Shown here: piece by piece, positions 44,340-57,280 of the stretch
Numbering within the stretch: position 1 is the first letter of the stretch
How the letters are laid out: every line of letters begins with the position of its first letter
Assembly: GCF_018350175.1 (NCBI RefSeq)
Contig: NC_058368.1
Coordinates: forward strand, 110,486,001-110,550,000
DNA length: 64,000 nt
Direction: 5' to 3'
Source of the DNA: Felis catus
Lineage: Eukaryota
Program-made: the position numbers and the translations under genes
The notes under the pieces: generated by a model
Database searches by the model: none
What the model was told of the DNA's origin: nothing
Seen by the model: only the letters and a program-made list of their open reading frames with translations

Positions 44340-45130
44340 TATTCTGCGTACCACCACTCACATCCCAGGAGGCGCTCAGACAGTAAGCACAGTGCTAAGG
44401 CGAACAAAGCGTCTCTGCCATGGAGGCTTATATTTACAACTTAGAAACACCAACGACCGAGAGAAGCTTCCTAGAAGTGAGCCATCAAGGCCAGGGAAGA
44501 TCTGAGGTGAACTTAGTTGGGGCATGGAGGCCGGGGAAGGGGTGGGGGGGGGGGGGGTTGGAAAGGAGATGAAAAGTGAAGAGAATAAGGAGAGGACATA
44601 GCTCAGGTGACGCTTGTCCTAGTTTCCTGGGACCACCCAACTTATACCCATTGTCCCAGCATAATTATTAACAATGTCCCCTTTCATTATCAAAACAGCC
44701 CTGGTTTGAACAATAAATACTATGGGCCACCATGAAATAGTGGGAGCAAAATTTCAGGGGCAGGAACTAGCAGAAGGGTGAGGGCATGGTGGGAGCACTA
44801 TGAAGAGCCAGCCCAGCAGGCAGCTGAGCGCATCCGGGGAAAGAGGAGAGAGAGTTGTGAAGGAAGTGCAGGACTGCATCAAAGGGGGCCTGGAAGCCAT
44901 GGAGGAGATCCTGCTTCTTCCCCGGGGGCAGTGAGGAGCCACTGATGATTCTGGAGTGAGACAACTACAGGCCACGCAGTCACACAGGATGGGGAGTGAG
45001 ACAATGGCAGCAAGGAGACCAGCCAGAAATCCAGGTACAGGAGCATGTGTGCAGGGGGAGGAGTACAAAAGGCAGGGTGTCAGCTGCCAAGGACCTTACA
45101 GGAGTCTGAAGGGTACGTTGAGAAGGGATG
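44340..45130 (-). mobile_element. L2 fragment, interrupted by MER94
   Basis: 'ctctgccatggaggcttatattt', 'ggggcctggaagccatggaggag', 'gaggagccactgatgatt', 'gcaaggagaccag'. Confidence 0.6.
44605..44732 (-). mobile_element. MER94-like hAT-Blackjack MITE
   Basis: 'ggtgacgcttgtcctagtttcctgggac...tgtcccagcataattattaacaatgtcccctttca...ggtttgaacaataaatactatgggccacc' matches the recalled MER94 reverse complement. Confidence 0.75.
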
Positions 45131-45854
45131 AGTGAAGGCCAGTGACCGTGAGGGCCACCCATGCAGATTTCTGAATCAAACCTGCCGCCCTGCTTGAGTG
45201 ATGGGGATGACTTTCCTCCCAGACTTTGCGCTAACACAAAGAAAGAGAAAAGCTGATGTGACAAAACACGAAGAATTATGTCTTTGATGTATGAACACTC
45301 CTTGCCCCTTCAGACCCTTATAAACAAGAGTTCACTCCACACTCCCCGGATGTGTCCAAGGTGCACCTCTTCAATAACAAGAGGTCTCTGAAGGTAGATT
45401 TCCTCTCACAATTGAGGGACTATTTCCATTTTGCGGGGCTGAGAGATGCTTCCGATTAATTGTTAATTTAGCCTTTTGAGACCTCAATTTATATGCAGCA
45501 TTGACCAGTGTCTGCAAACAATCTGAGCAAAGGAAGGAAGAGGTCCTTAGGAAATTAATGTAATAGTTTCAGCTCATTACTAGAAGAGCTTATTCTTAGA
45601 GCCCAGGAATTTCATTCATTCGTTCAAAACCGCTCTAAAATCCAATTAAAATCGGAGGTCACAAACAGCAGCGGTGTTTATTTCCTCATTACTGAGAGGT
45701 GAGAGCGGACTTCAAAACTGCAGAAGCCTAAGGAGGTGAGAGAGAAGATGCATGAAATAACACAGGTCCACCATGAAGCAGGGGAGCTGCTCCAAGGACC
45801 GCCACGAAAACACAGATCTGTCTGGGGAAGGCATTGTTTCAAAAAGAATATGGA

Positions 45855-46071
45855 GGGGTGCCTGGCTGGCGCAGTCGGTTAAGCGTCCGACTTCAGCCAG
45901 GTCACGATCTCGCGGTCCGGGAGTTCGAGCCCCGCGTCGGGCTCTGGGCTGATGGCTCGGAGCCTGGAGCCTGTTTCCGATTCTGTGTCTCCCTCTCTCT
46001 CTGCCCCTCGCCCGTTCATGCTCTGTCTCTCTCTGTCCCAAAAATAAATAAACGTTGAAAAAAAAAAAAAA
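45855..46071 (+). mobile_element. Very young Can-SINE (SINEC_Fc-like)
   Basis: CpGs intact, pure A run 46058-46076, TSD aaaaagaatatgga at 45841-45854 and 46072-46085. Confidence 0.97.
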
Positions 46072-46463
46072 AAAAAGAATATGGATCCCATCTTTAAGAA
46101 ACAGTTTTCTATTCCTTCAGCTTATATTAATACCCTTTCTTGGGACCTACAAACTTTAACTCCATCTAAAAGGAAGCCAAAAAAGAAAAGAAAAAAGCAA
46201 ATAATTAACCTCACAGAGAAAGGCCAAATGTTCTGCGCCATTGGGAGAATTACTGGAGACCAGGTCCTTAGGCATCAGACCTGCATCCCAGCAGGGCTGA
46301 GAACGGCATGCAGAGAGGCAGTGTGGTGTCACAAACAGAATACCCACCCCTGCACTCCCCTCTGCCAAGCTGGAAGCCAAGAGGGTCCTGCTTGGTAAGG
46401 AGCCCATGGGACACTCAGGCCAGTCCACTCCCCTCTCTGAGTCTCGAGTCTGTCTGCTTTAAC

Positions 46464-46496
46464 ATCAGATCAGGATCAGATCAGGATCTGATCAGG
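46464..46496. repeat. 11-bp tandem repeat x3 (atcagatcagg)
   Basis: atcagatcagg atcagatcagg atctgatcagg. Confidence 0.9.
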
Positions 46497-48467
46497 AGGC
46501 TGATCTTATCACTGGGTGGTTTTCTGAAAGGTGAGCATTCCCCTCTGGGACTGGGGTGGGGACTGAAATCCTCCTGTTCCCTCAGAGGGCAGTCTGCCCC
46601 TGGGGAGGGGAAACTGTAGGCCTACTTCTTCCCCACTGCCAAGCAGCACCCCCCACCCTTTTATTTTTTGTCTTATTTACTGAATTTCCTCGCAAGGCTT
46701 CATTTTTTAATGGTTGTGCTGCTAGACAGATGTTTGAAAGCCACTTCTAGAGTTTGGTGGTGAATATTTAAATACATTTTCCCAGCATTAAACAAGAAGT
46801 GATCCATGGCTCAGCTCCATCAGGGAAGTCAAAGAATCAAGGCATAGAAGACCCTGTGCCTTTCTATGACAAGCAGGAGGTAACGGCTTGCACACCAGCC
46901 CCTCACCAAGATGCTCACTGCCAAACTAGCCAAGCCCAGCTTCTCGTGTCCAAAGCATGCAGACACTGGAGGCCAGGGAGAGGCAGACCTGGGCACCTGC
47001 AAGGGATAAACCAGGACACTTCCTGCCAGACTACAGAGTGCTTTCACCTGTCACGGTTACGGCAGTAGGTGAGTCCAGGAGTACCACCAAAGACAAAACC
47101 CCAACTTCAAGGGGGCACTGAGTATCTGACAACAGAGGATCAGCCCCCCCGTCATCTCCAGAATCACTCATCACAACTACAGGGTCGGAGTGTGGGGTGG
47201 CAGACACGGAGCAGCCTGGCACACTGATCCCATCTCCTCGTTTCACGGACAGAGAGGATGAGGGCACACAAGGACTCAGGGGCTCTCAAACCAGACCTCA
47301 GCCCTCCCGCCTCCCCGGCTCTTCTGCTGCTTTGGAGGACACATGCTCCAGAAGCCACCAGCTCGCTCGCTGTTCAAGGCTACATAGTGAAGAAACAAGC
47401 CCAGATCATCCTTTGCTTAAAACATCCCAAGGCTGAGATGAAGGTCTCACAGGTGGTACCACCCTTTGGTCTAGAATCACGAATTCATCTCAAAGCCCTT
47501 CTCAAGATGGTCCTTGCATAAATTTCACCTTAGCACAAAGTGGATTCTCATTTTAATTCCTCCTGCCACCACAGCCATTTACGACTGCATTGACCTTTGC
47601 TTCTAGGTTAATTATAAATAGTTTTGTCTATTGGAGAAATTGAACTGAATTAGCTTAGTTTTAATCTCTCATCAATAATTCAAATGACCATTTCTCACAA
47701 ATGAAAAAGAAAACTGTCCAGGATGGATGGGGCAGACCCCCCCCCACCCCACTCCCAGAGAGGCTTCACCAGGCAGCAGAAGGGGCAGATTCTCTGCAAG
47801 CATGTCCGCAGTCTCACTCAGAGGCCCCATGCTTGATTTCCCTTGGTCTGGACTGGACCAGGGCCAAGGAGCACGGAGGATGTCCCAGGCCGGTCCGGCC
47901 CTGTCTGACAGCCCATTAGCCCCAGCTGTCGGAGACATCTGCCTGCTCTGATTACCGTCAGAGAAGAGGAGAGGCGACAGCCCCCAGCATCCCGCTGTCT
48001 CCCCCTGCACTGAACTGTCATCAAGTGATTGTGCTTCCACTTCGAGGCACTCAGAAGCCATCCCTAGCTGCTATTTATAACCTCCCTGTGAGGTCACCTG
48101 CCAGTGAAGCTTGAGGGGGAGTGGGCCACTCTGGGGCAAAAGGCCCAAAACAGCACCAACTTCCTGCTGCTGCCTCCAGGCAAGAAATAAGCAACCTCGG
48201 AGCTGAGCAAAATCCACTCATAAAACATAGATGCAACATCAGGTCAGCTTTCGCTGTGTTCTGGGGCTGGGGACTCCAGGGGACAGGAGAAGGACACTGA
48301 AACTATGGAAGTTTGTGACATCATGGATGTCCTCAGAGGCCTGGAGGCATGTCTCCACACCCAGGCCACACCGTGGACAGGACTGCCCCGAAATCCAAAA
48401 AAGATGCCTCTTGGATTGCAAAGGAGGAGTTGAAAATCCCTAGCTTCTAAGATGAACCGAGCCATTC

Positions 48468-49165
48468 TGCACCAGTGTCCTGGGACTGCCATAAGAAATC
48501 AGCACAAACTGAGTGGGTTCCAACCACAGAAATGTAGCCTCTCTCAGTGCTGGGCCCCAGCAGTCTGCAATCTGGCAGGGCCATACTCCTCCAGGGGGCT
48601 CTAAGGGACAATCTGTTCCTTGCCCCTTCCAGCTTCTGGTGGTTCCATGTTCCTTGACTTGGGGCCACATCACTCCTGTCTCTGCCTCAGTGGTCACACT
48701 GCCTCATCCTGTCCTGTCTGTGTCTTCTCTTCTTTGTCCCAACTCTCCCTCTGCCTTTCTCTTAGAAGGACACTTGTCATTGGCATTAGGGCTCACCAGG
48801 ATAACACAGGATACTCACCCCATCTCAGGATTTTTAACTTAACTACATCTGTGGGGTGCCTGGGTGGCTCGGTCGGTTGAGCGTCCAACCTTGGCTCAGG
48901 TCATGATCTCGCGGTTTGTGAGTTCAAGCCCCATGTCAGGCTCTGTGCTGACGGCTCAGAGCCTGGAGCCTCTTCAGATTCTGTGTCTCCCTCTCTCTCT
49001 GCCCCTCCCCTGCTCATGCTCTGTCTCTGTCTCAAAAATAAATAAAACATTTAAAAAAATTTTTTAACTTAACTACATCTGCAAAGACACTTTTTCCAAA
49101 TAAGATCACAATGATAGGCTCCAGGTATGTGGACATAACTTTTGGAGGACCACCCACACAATACA
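48468..49165 (-). mobile_element. MaLR solo LTR (MLT1C-like), interrupted by a SINE
   Basis: 'ctgccataagaaatcagcacaaactg', 'ccagcttctggtgg', 'aaggacacttgtcattgg', 'acatctgcaaagacactttttccaaataagatcaca'. Confidence 0.85.
48853..49060 (+). mobile_element. Can-SINE (SINEC_Fc2-like)
   Basis: Flanking duplication tttttaacttaactacatctg at 48831-48851 and 49061-49081. Confidence 0.95.
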
Positions 49166-50599
49166 TTACACACCAACAAGAGAATGCCATTGGGATCACA
49201 ATGCTCTGGGTTTGAATCCCACCTCTGCTACTAACTGAATAACTAAAATTCAATCCTCTCTTAGGATATCACCAACACCCAGTTTGATTCCAATAAAGGG
49301 CCCAGCAGGGCTGTGATCTGAGAACAGACCTGATCCTCCTTCTCTCTCACCACAGAAGGTCCAACTACAGGCTCAGTGACAGTCCCACCCCAGGCCCAGA
49401 TGGGGATGAGAGCTTCATGCGCCTTGCAAGATGGCCTGCACTGGACCCATTTGCTTCCCCCATTCTGAGGTACCAGCATTCTATCTGTCACCTCTCATGA
49501 CACCTCGTCTTCCTGGGCTTCAGAAACTGGCGGCCTGCCCACATGTTTCTGCCTCAGTGCCCCCAGCAACACCAATAGGTCTCCATCCCAGCTTTGTTTG
49601 CTTTTAATTACTAAGCCAACTAAACAAGCCCCCAGTGCAGCCATGTGCACACACACCTGGCTGCCTCTGACAGGTAATGAACCGCTCAGCCACGTTCAAG
49701 GGCAGGCCTTCCTGACGGCAGGGGGACAATCGACTGAACAAAGTCAGGGTGAGCTTGGAGGTCAAAGAATATTGAACAGGGAGTGTGGTGCCCCACCCGG
49801 CAAGCGCCTGTCTCCCTCACGCTGTCCCTGAGCTCAGCTGATATTGACATATGTATAGTCTCGGAACTATGTGTTTCTGACAAGGAGGATTGATTTCTCT
49901 AGGAAAATGGAAGGTGGACACTGAGCAAATACTCTCTTATATATCAGCAGAAAGACAGAGATTCTTTAACATCACTTGTGAGTGGATAGTAAAAGAAAAG
50001 GCAAGTTTTTCCTAAAGCCAGGAGGAAGATATATGAGTCTATAGACTCCTCTAGCATCGTTTTCTACCCTGAGATGGAAAGGCCCACAGAACCATGGGTT
50101 TCTTCCACACCACACCACCCCAGATTCTGAACCCTGCATGCAAGGCTGGTCACACACCTCCCTGGGGTCATCCTCAAGCAGGAGAAGGTCATCTTCAATG
50201 ATCCAGGGGTGATAAAGGGCGGAGCAGGATGTACAGACACAACTGGGGGCCCTGCGGGGCTCAAGGATCAGGATTCAACACAAAGCCTTAGAGATCAGCC
50301 ACACAGGGACACATCCAATGTCCACCCCAGCACCCTTGGCAAGGAAGAGCTACCAAGAGGCTCAGAACAGCTTCAGAAGCCATCAAGGGAAGCCAGAGGG
50401 TACTCAGTCTCAAACCCTGTCTCATTTGGATCCCCCCATAGGCAGAGAGTATTAGGTATTGGTGACACATAGTCAGCTTTTAGTCACCCTGCTGTATGTT
50501 AACTGGAACAGACGCCCAAGGAGAGGGTAATGGCCAAGAAGAAGGCAGGCTTTGTGTGAACTGACAGGTCAGGCAGCTTCCTGGGGAACCAAAGACACC

Positions 50600-50870
50600 A
50601 TGGCTGTGAGGATAAAAGGCAAACATACTTTTGATCCCATTCTTGTAACAATTTTAAGTACATACGTAGAAGTATAGATTCACACTCACACACGCAGGCA
50701 CACATGCTTGGAAGCACCTCTAGAAGGCTGCCCACGGAAGCCTTAGTATTTCATCCTCAGGGCTGGGATGTGGGATTTGTTCTTCACTGGGCTTTGTCTC
50801 TCTATTTATATACGGTACATAATATTTTCTATAATGTACATCATATTATTTTTATAACATGGAAAAGTGC
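50600..50870 (+). mobile_element. Old L1ME 3' end fragment
   Basis: 'tgatcccattcttgtaa', 'ctagaaggctgcccac', end 'tataatgtacatcatattatttttataa'. Confidence 0.5.
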
Positions 50871-53800
50871 TATTTTTTAAACTGTACAAATGCAAAGAAT
50901 TGCAATTTTAATAATTCTCATCTCCCTGCATCTACTCTGTAAGAACGAAGTGTTGGTAACAGCCTGTGCCTAATTAGATTATAGGGAAAACTCAGCCACC
51001 ATGCATGGGTACCACAATCCTCCCAGACCAGGGTGGGGGCACTGGACTCGCAGTTCTCCCCCCTGCAAACACTGGAGCCCTAGTGATGCTGTTTATCCCA
51101 TTTAAGAATAACCAAAAGAACCAAATAGATTTCACAAATCACTTAAGTCTTTATAGTTTTCTCCTCGAGGATACTTGTGCAGACTTCCAGCAAAGATGAC
51201 GCAAAATAACAAGACAGATGTAGTAACTAATACAAAGTGCTTGGTTCACTAAACAAAGAGCTTTTGATGTAGTAACTCAATTTATGTTAGCGTAATAAGA
51301 TCTGAGCGGGCTAAGAGGAGCCATATACAAGGGGCAGGCAGGCCTGACACCAAAGGGAGAGCGGAGGGCAGTGAGGCTTCTCAAGCCCACTCCCCTCCCA
51401 AACCACCCACCTGAGACCTCAGAAAGGTGCTATCTCCTTAGGTGAGACTCAGAGGGAGTTTTTCACTTTGCTCCAGGAAAAGACTCGAACATTCTTTGGT
51501 TGTTTCTGATACCAAAGACCAAAAATCCTTCCTCTGAGTGCTGCCCTAACTCATTCATTTAATCAGTACCTACTGTGTACTGAGCACCTACTGTGTAGCC
51601 AAGGTGAGTCCTCCAAGGGGGAGGACTCTGACACAGTGGCCAATACTCAGGAGTTCACAAGCTGAGGGATACTTTCCTGGTGCTGTCAAAGGAGTTGGGT
51701 CTGGGGTCTGTGGGCTCCACTCTCCCTGCTGACCCTGGAGTAATAGGAAGGAGCCCAAACTGCTGCTTCCCAAAGGCCCAGCCTGGAGAATGACAGAAGA
51801 ACCTGATGACTACTCTTTGTACAAAGTCTGGTCTTCCCTAAGAGGCCATTTCCAGAGCTCTGCTGCTAGGCCAAAGAAAGGCGGCTTTTCCAGAGACTCT
51901 GCCCTGGAGTCTGCTGCAGGGCAGGGGTGGGGAGCCGTCATCTTTCCTCCCCCTTCACAGCCATGGTCCCTCTGCCACTGGGCCTGTGGGTCCAGCAAAG
52001 CTCCCAGAGAGGCCTTGGACAAGACCCCTACCCATTATGAGGGGCAGAGTTCCCAATGTCATAACCCAGGCGGCCTGGATGGAGACAAGGGATTGACCCA
52101 GATCTGCCCTCAGACACCCTCCAAAGAATTTCCTGACATGACCCCCAAAAGGGGGTTCCAGTGGTAAGATCAACAAGCGTGTGTCCACTTCTGTGGGACA
52201 GATGGGCTGATGAGACTATCACAGCAACCGATAGCATTCCCTTGTGCTCAGTCCTGCATGCCCAAGTTGAGGTCAAGGCTCAGGGGTAGGGGGTGGGGAG
52301 CTGGAGCAGCATGGTGATGAACTAATCCTCAACTCAGCAGACTTCTTGACCATGAATCAGGAGGATGGGTCAGAGTCAGTCTCAGATGAGCTGGCCAAAT
52401 GCCACTCTGCTCCCCAGGGTGCCCACTCGGCAGGAACAGAAGCAGCTGCCAGGGGCCTGGGCTGGGAACGCTGCCACATAGAGGAAGTGGAGGGCCACCA
52501 CTAGCCACCGAATGGACAGGGCCTTAGGAAAGGGACCCTGCCATCTGATCTCACACTCCCCCTCTGTCCCCACTCAGACTTGACAGGGAGGGAGGGGAGC
52601 ACAGAAGCCCAAAGCACTTTCCCACCAAGCCTAGGATGGGATTCCCACAAGCGCAAGGGAGACCATCAGACGGAATGTCATCCACACTTCGCTGAGGAGG
52701 AAACTGAGGCTCAGCCAGGGCCAGACTCGAAAGGGTCAGAGCAAGCACCTAACGCTGACCTCCTGCCTCCAGTCCCAGGGCTCCCGCCTCTGTGTTGCTC
52801 TGCCACCTCTGTGAGAGTCCTCCTCAGTTAGGTGAACATCTGGGATCCTGAGGCATGGCGGAATCACCGTTGGTCTGGCCCTGGAACTTGCTCAAGGACT
52901 CTCCTCTCTACTCCCATCCACTCATTCAGAAGCTGGGCCTGGTAACTGTTCCACACCCTGCCCCTCACCGTGTGGGGCCCTGGCAAAACAGATCACTGCT
53001 CTGAGCCTTAGTTTCCCCATCTATAAAGTGACCTGCTAGACTAAATGTCATCTGAGCGCATCTCCAGGGGCATCTGGGAGGTATAAGGACCAGGCAGAGT
53101 GCTGAAAGGCACGGAGCTGGTATCTCAAAGGAGGGTACTTATTTCTTCCTCTGAGCTATAAGAGATACCAAATGGGAAACATGGCTCCCACTTCAAAGAT
53201 CCCACACTCTTGCTGGGAAGATGAGATAGCCCATGAGCCAAGATTGTCCACGACAGAGGGTGGGATAATTCTCCGAGTGCTTCCTGGAAGTGGTAGCAAG
53301 AGAACCAGGCCCCATGGAAGGAAAGAGGTGTGTCTGGATGGACCAGTGGGCAGGAATCACAGACAGGAGAAGGACATCAGCAAAGACCTGGAGAGAGCAA
53401 AGAGCAGCATGGGTCCAGGGCCACTGGAATCTGTGCACGTGGAGACCTGCCCTGTGCCACTAACTCAAGGAAGAACAGGGCCCCCACACTTTGAAGTTAC
53501 CAAATTCCTTTTAATGACTCTTAAGTGCTTCCCTACAACTTTCTATAAATCTACCAGCTCATTCCTGTCCCAGAACTCCACACGCAACCTCATTAGGAGG
53601 CAGTAAGTGGTGGGAAATATTGATACTTCTGGCTAATAGTGTTATTAATACCATTACCATTCATATCACCTCGTAAACAACTCTTATAGGACATTTAGCA
53701 TGGCTAAGTCCAAATGAAGATAATACTATTGCTAATTATATCTCTATAAACTTATTTTATGGCAGGGAATAAGGGCTCTTATATCCTCTGATTACTCAGT

Positions 53801-54906
53801 TGCCAGAACCATAAGGAAGTAGGCAAGACTTCATGAAGACGTGCCCTCTGGGGATGATTCATTACGAATAATTGTGGTTTGCAAAAGCACAAGAGCTTTC
53901 AGATTTTTAAAAAGAAAGGAACTGTAATTTGTAGGAGAGAGGACAGGGAGGAAACATCTTCAGCAAGCCATTAATGAGTGAGGCCGACTCAGTGGCCTCA
54001 GTTGTTCTGGAACCGCCCAGGCAGGGAGCTCAGTCTTGCTCTCTGTTGTGTCTGAGGGACAGAAAGTGGCCTGGGTAGGGCATGCCTAAGCCACTTGTTT
54101 GTGGTGTAAATACATAAGTGTCAGTGAACACAGAGTTCCAGGGAGAAAATGTGTCTGCATCTCATGGCAAGTAAGAAGGTGTCTAAATCCAGCAGCTCTG
54201 AGATCACTTTTTTAAATTACATTTCTCGTTTACTTAATAGTTTACTTAGCATTGATGGACTTATCTGAAGCAGGTGGAGGGGCTTATTCTGTCTCAGGAA
54301 GTAGGGCCTGCCTGGATAGTTCCCCTCCTGCGTTGTTTGGGAAACAGCATTCCCGGATAAGGGTCCAAACCGCTTACTCTAAAGGAGTCTGTGAATAAGA
54401 AAATAGATGCTTTTCTTTTTCCCTTTCTAGCTGAGCTCAGACAATTTACAGTATTAAATGTCCCCTTGTACTCCGGAGAACTGGAATTGATTTTTTTCTT
54501 AAAAGTGCTCATTGGGTTGCTTATAAATTTCTCTAGCTGTTGTTATCAAGCTGTAAATTGCAGTTATGAGAATAATCACAGATCGATTGCAGTGGTTCTG
54601 AGGGAGGGCAGGGTCTGCACGAACATAGGCAATTTGGGCTTTTGACAGACATTTATAGTAAATTATCTTTAGTTCAGATTCAATTAATTAAGAATTGGCG
54701 AGTTCTCAGCACGATGCCAGGGAGGAGGTTACGTTCCCTCTGTCTGTGGGGTAGTTGTTAGTACTATTGACCAAATATTTCCAGAGCACCCCCTTACGTG
54801 CATTTTTTCCTCTCTTTCAAAGTTAGGCAAGACCAAGGGATTTCTTTTGGCTAATGAAATGTGAAGGTGAGTGTCATGTATTAGTTTCTGGTAGGTGCTT
54901 TTAAAC

Positions 54907-55251
54907 AAGGGTTAGCAAACTTCTCCCACAAAAAGCCCAATAGTATATATCTCACGCTTTGTGGATCGTATGATAAATATCACAACTACTCAACTCTGCT
55001 GTCGTAACAGGAAAGCAGGCATAGATAATATGTAACCAAATGGGTATGGCTATGTTCCAATAAAGTTTTATTCATGGACAACGAAATTTGAATTTCACAT
55101 CATTTTGGGGTGTCATGAAATATGATTCTTCTTTTGATTTTTTTAACCATTTGAAAATATAAAAATATAAAAAATATTCCCACATTGCAGAATGTACAAA
55201 AACAGGCAACAGGTCAGATGTGACCCAAAGGTCCTAGTTGGCCAACCCCTG
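54907..55251 (+). mobile_element. MER58B-like hAT-Charlie MITE
   Basis: Ends 'agggttagcaaactt' and 'tagttggccaacccctg'; internal 'caactactcaactctgc', 'tgttccaataaagttttatt', 'gaaatttgaatttcac'. Confidence 0.88.
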
Positions 55252-55268
55252 GCAACCCCCAGTGATCT

Positions 55269-55424
55269 GGGGACCTGGGTGACTCAGTAGGTTAAGCATC
55301 AGACTCTTAATTTCAGCTCAGGTCATGATCTCACGGTTCTGTCAGTGCAGAGTCTGCTTGGGATTCTCTCTCCCCTCTCTTTCTCTGCCCCTCCTCACCT
55401 CAAAATAAACAAACTTTTTTTTTT
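55269..55424 (+). mobile_element. Can-SINE, older subfamily, internally deleted
   Basis: Head runs directly into 'gtcagtgcagagtctgcttgggattc'; the B-box segment is missing. Confidence 0.85.
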
Positions 55425-56902
55425 AATCAGTGGTTTGCTGCACCTCCTGCCCTTGCCAAGATGAACACAGAAACATGTGTGGAGATAGAGCCTCCATCAG
55501 CCCAGGCCCATGAGTGCCTATGATCAGTGTCCACTGGACACGTAGAGCGAACAAGAAATATACTCTTGTTGTTTAAGCCGTTGATATTGTTGGCTATTTG
55601 TTACTGCAGCAAACCTAGCCTATCCTTTCTGAAACTGTGTACAAAGGATGTTTCTAATTGAATTAGAGAAACAGACAAAAGTGCAGTATTAAAGTATTAT
55701 TAAGAAAAATGATTTTTCAAAAATACTTTAAACATACTTTATACTACCTATTTTCATTAAAATCACAAATTATACATAAATTATTTTAATCTGTTCATTA
55801 AAGCAAACCCCAAATACTCTGAAACTTGACAACATCTCCTAAGTCTAATTAGAATCACAATGAATTTTTAGGGTCACTTCCTTTTCAAGGAGATTGACAT
55901 TCAAACTAGACTTTCTCCTATTGTGTCCTATTCAATGAGATTGACAGTTAGGGAATCTTAGCCTCATACCCAGTATTTCCATCTATAGCCCAAGTGACAG
56001 GTGGCAAATAGCAGATGTTTCCAGACAGAATGAATCATTCCAAGCATCACATTTTAATAACACATGATTGAGAAAGAAAGAGGCACATAGAAGTAGAGAA
56101 GTATGCCCTGTGACTTTGGGCAATGCTCCTTTTCCTCTCTGGGTCTTAATCTTCCCATCTATAAAGCCAGGAGATAAAAAAAAAAAGGTCCTCCATGAGC
56201 TCTTTCAATTCAGATATTCTAAAACCAGATATAATTTGAAACCCAGACAATTTAGAACAAACCCTTTTGGATCTAACAAACAAAAAAGAAAAGAACTTTG
56301 AACACAATTCAATCTAGACTTTTGATAAAAGCCTTCACCTAAAGAGGTCAGTCATGACCCTATACTGAGCTCACAGAATTGGCCTAGAATGTCCAGGAAA
56401 TTAACAAAAAAAGAATACAAACAAACAATGCACATATAAGAAAATGTTCAACATCACTAGAGATCAAAATATACCTATGTAAAGATCAAGATTCCATATT
56501 CCATCTACTAACTTTGTAAAGACTCGTAAGGAAAACCATGACCCATATTGGGAAGAATAAGGAGTAAAGAGGCCCCGTGCTAATAGGGATGTAAGTTATC
56601 ATGACTGTTCTAAAAGGCAATGTGGCAATATAAATTGAAAAACACAAATGTGGGCATGCCCTTTGACCAAATAATTAAACTGCAAGAATTTTTTTCTAGA
56701 AAAAAACTAGATAAGCACAAGATATAGATGACCCAACTGATTAATGCAGCATTGTTTCCAACAGCAAAAAAAAAAAAAAAAGAAAGAAAAAGAAAAAAAG
56801 AAATATTAGAAACAAGTAAATGACCAAAAGTGAGGAAATGTAAATATAACATAGCACATTGATACAATGGAATACTATTCTGCTATTAAAAGTAAGGCTG
56901 CC

Positions 56903-57118
56903 GGGGCGCCTGGGTGGCGCAGTCGGTTAAGCGTCCGACTTCAGCCAGGTCACGATCTCGCGGTCCGTGAGTTCGAGCCCCGCGTCAGGCTCTGGGCTGA
57001 TGGCTCGGAGCCTGGAGCCTGTTTCCGATTCTGTGTCTCCCTCTCTCTCTGCCCCTCCCCCATTCATGCTCTGTCTCTCTCTGTCCCAAAAATAAATAAA
57101 CGTTGAAAAAAAAAATTT
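56903..57118 (+). mobile_element. Very young Can-SINE (SINEC_Fc-like)
   Basis: CpG-rich and nearly identical to the 45855 copy; TSD aaaagtaaggctgcc at 56888-56902 and 57119-57133; TT/AAAA target site. Confidence 0.97.
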
Positions 57119-57280
57119 AAAAGTAAGGCTGCCATGCATAATGAGCCTAGTTTTGTTTGGGACAGGGAAAAAAAGGGAAAAATTATATATATACATGAAA
57201 AAAAACACTGGAAATTTTCACAAAAAAATAGAAGTAGTAATCTCTAGAGATGTCAATTTTCTTAATTATCCTTTATTTGT

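Larger units (their letters stand above)
54760..55635 (+). mobile_element. Old MaLR LTR (MLT1I/J-like), interrupted by MER58B and a SINE
   Basis: 'ttttggctaatgaaatgtgaagg', 'gagatagagcctccatcagccc', 'ttgttgtttaagccgttgatatt...tttgttactgcagcaaacctagcctatcct'. Confidence 0.75.
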
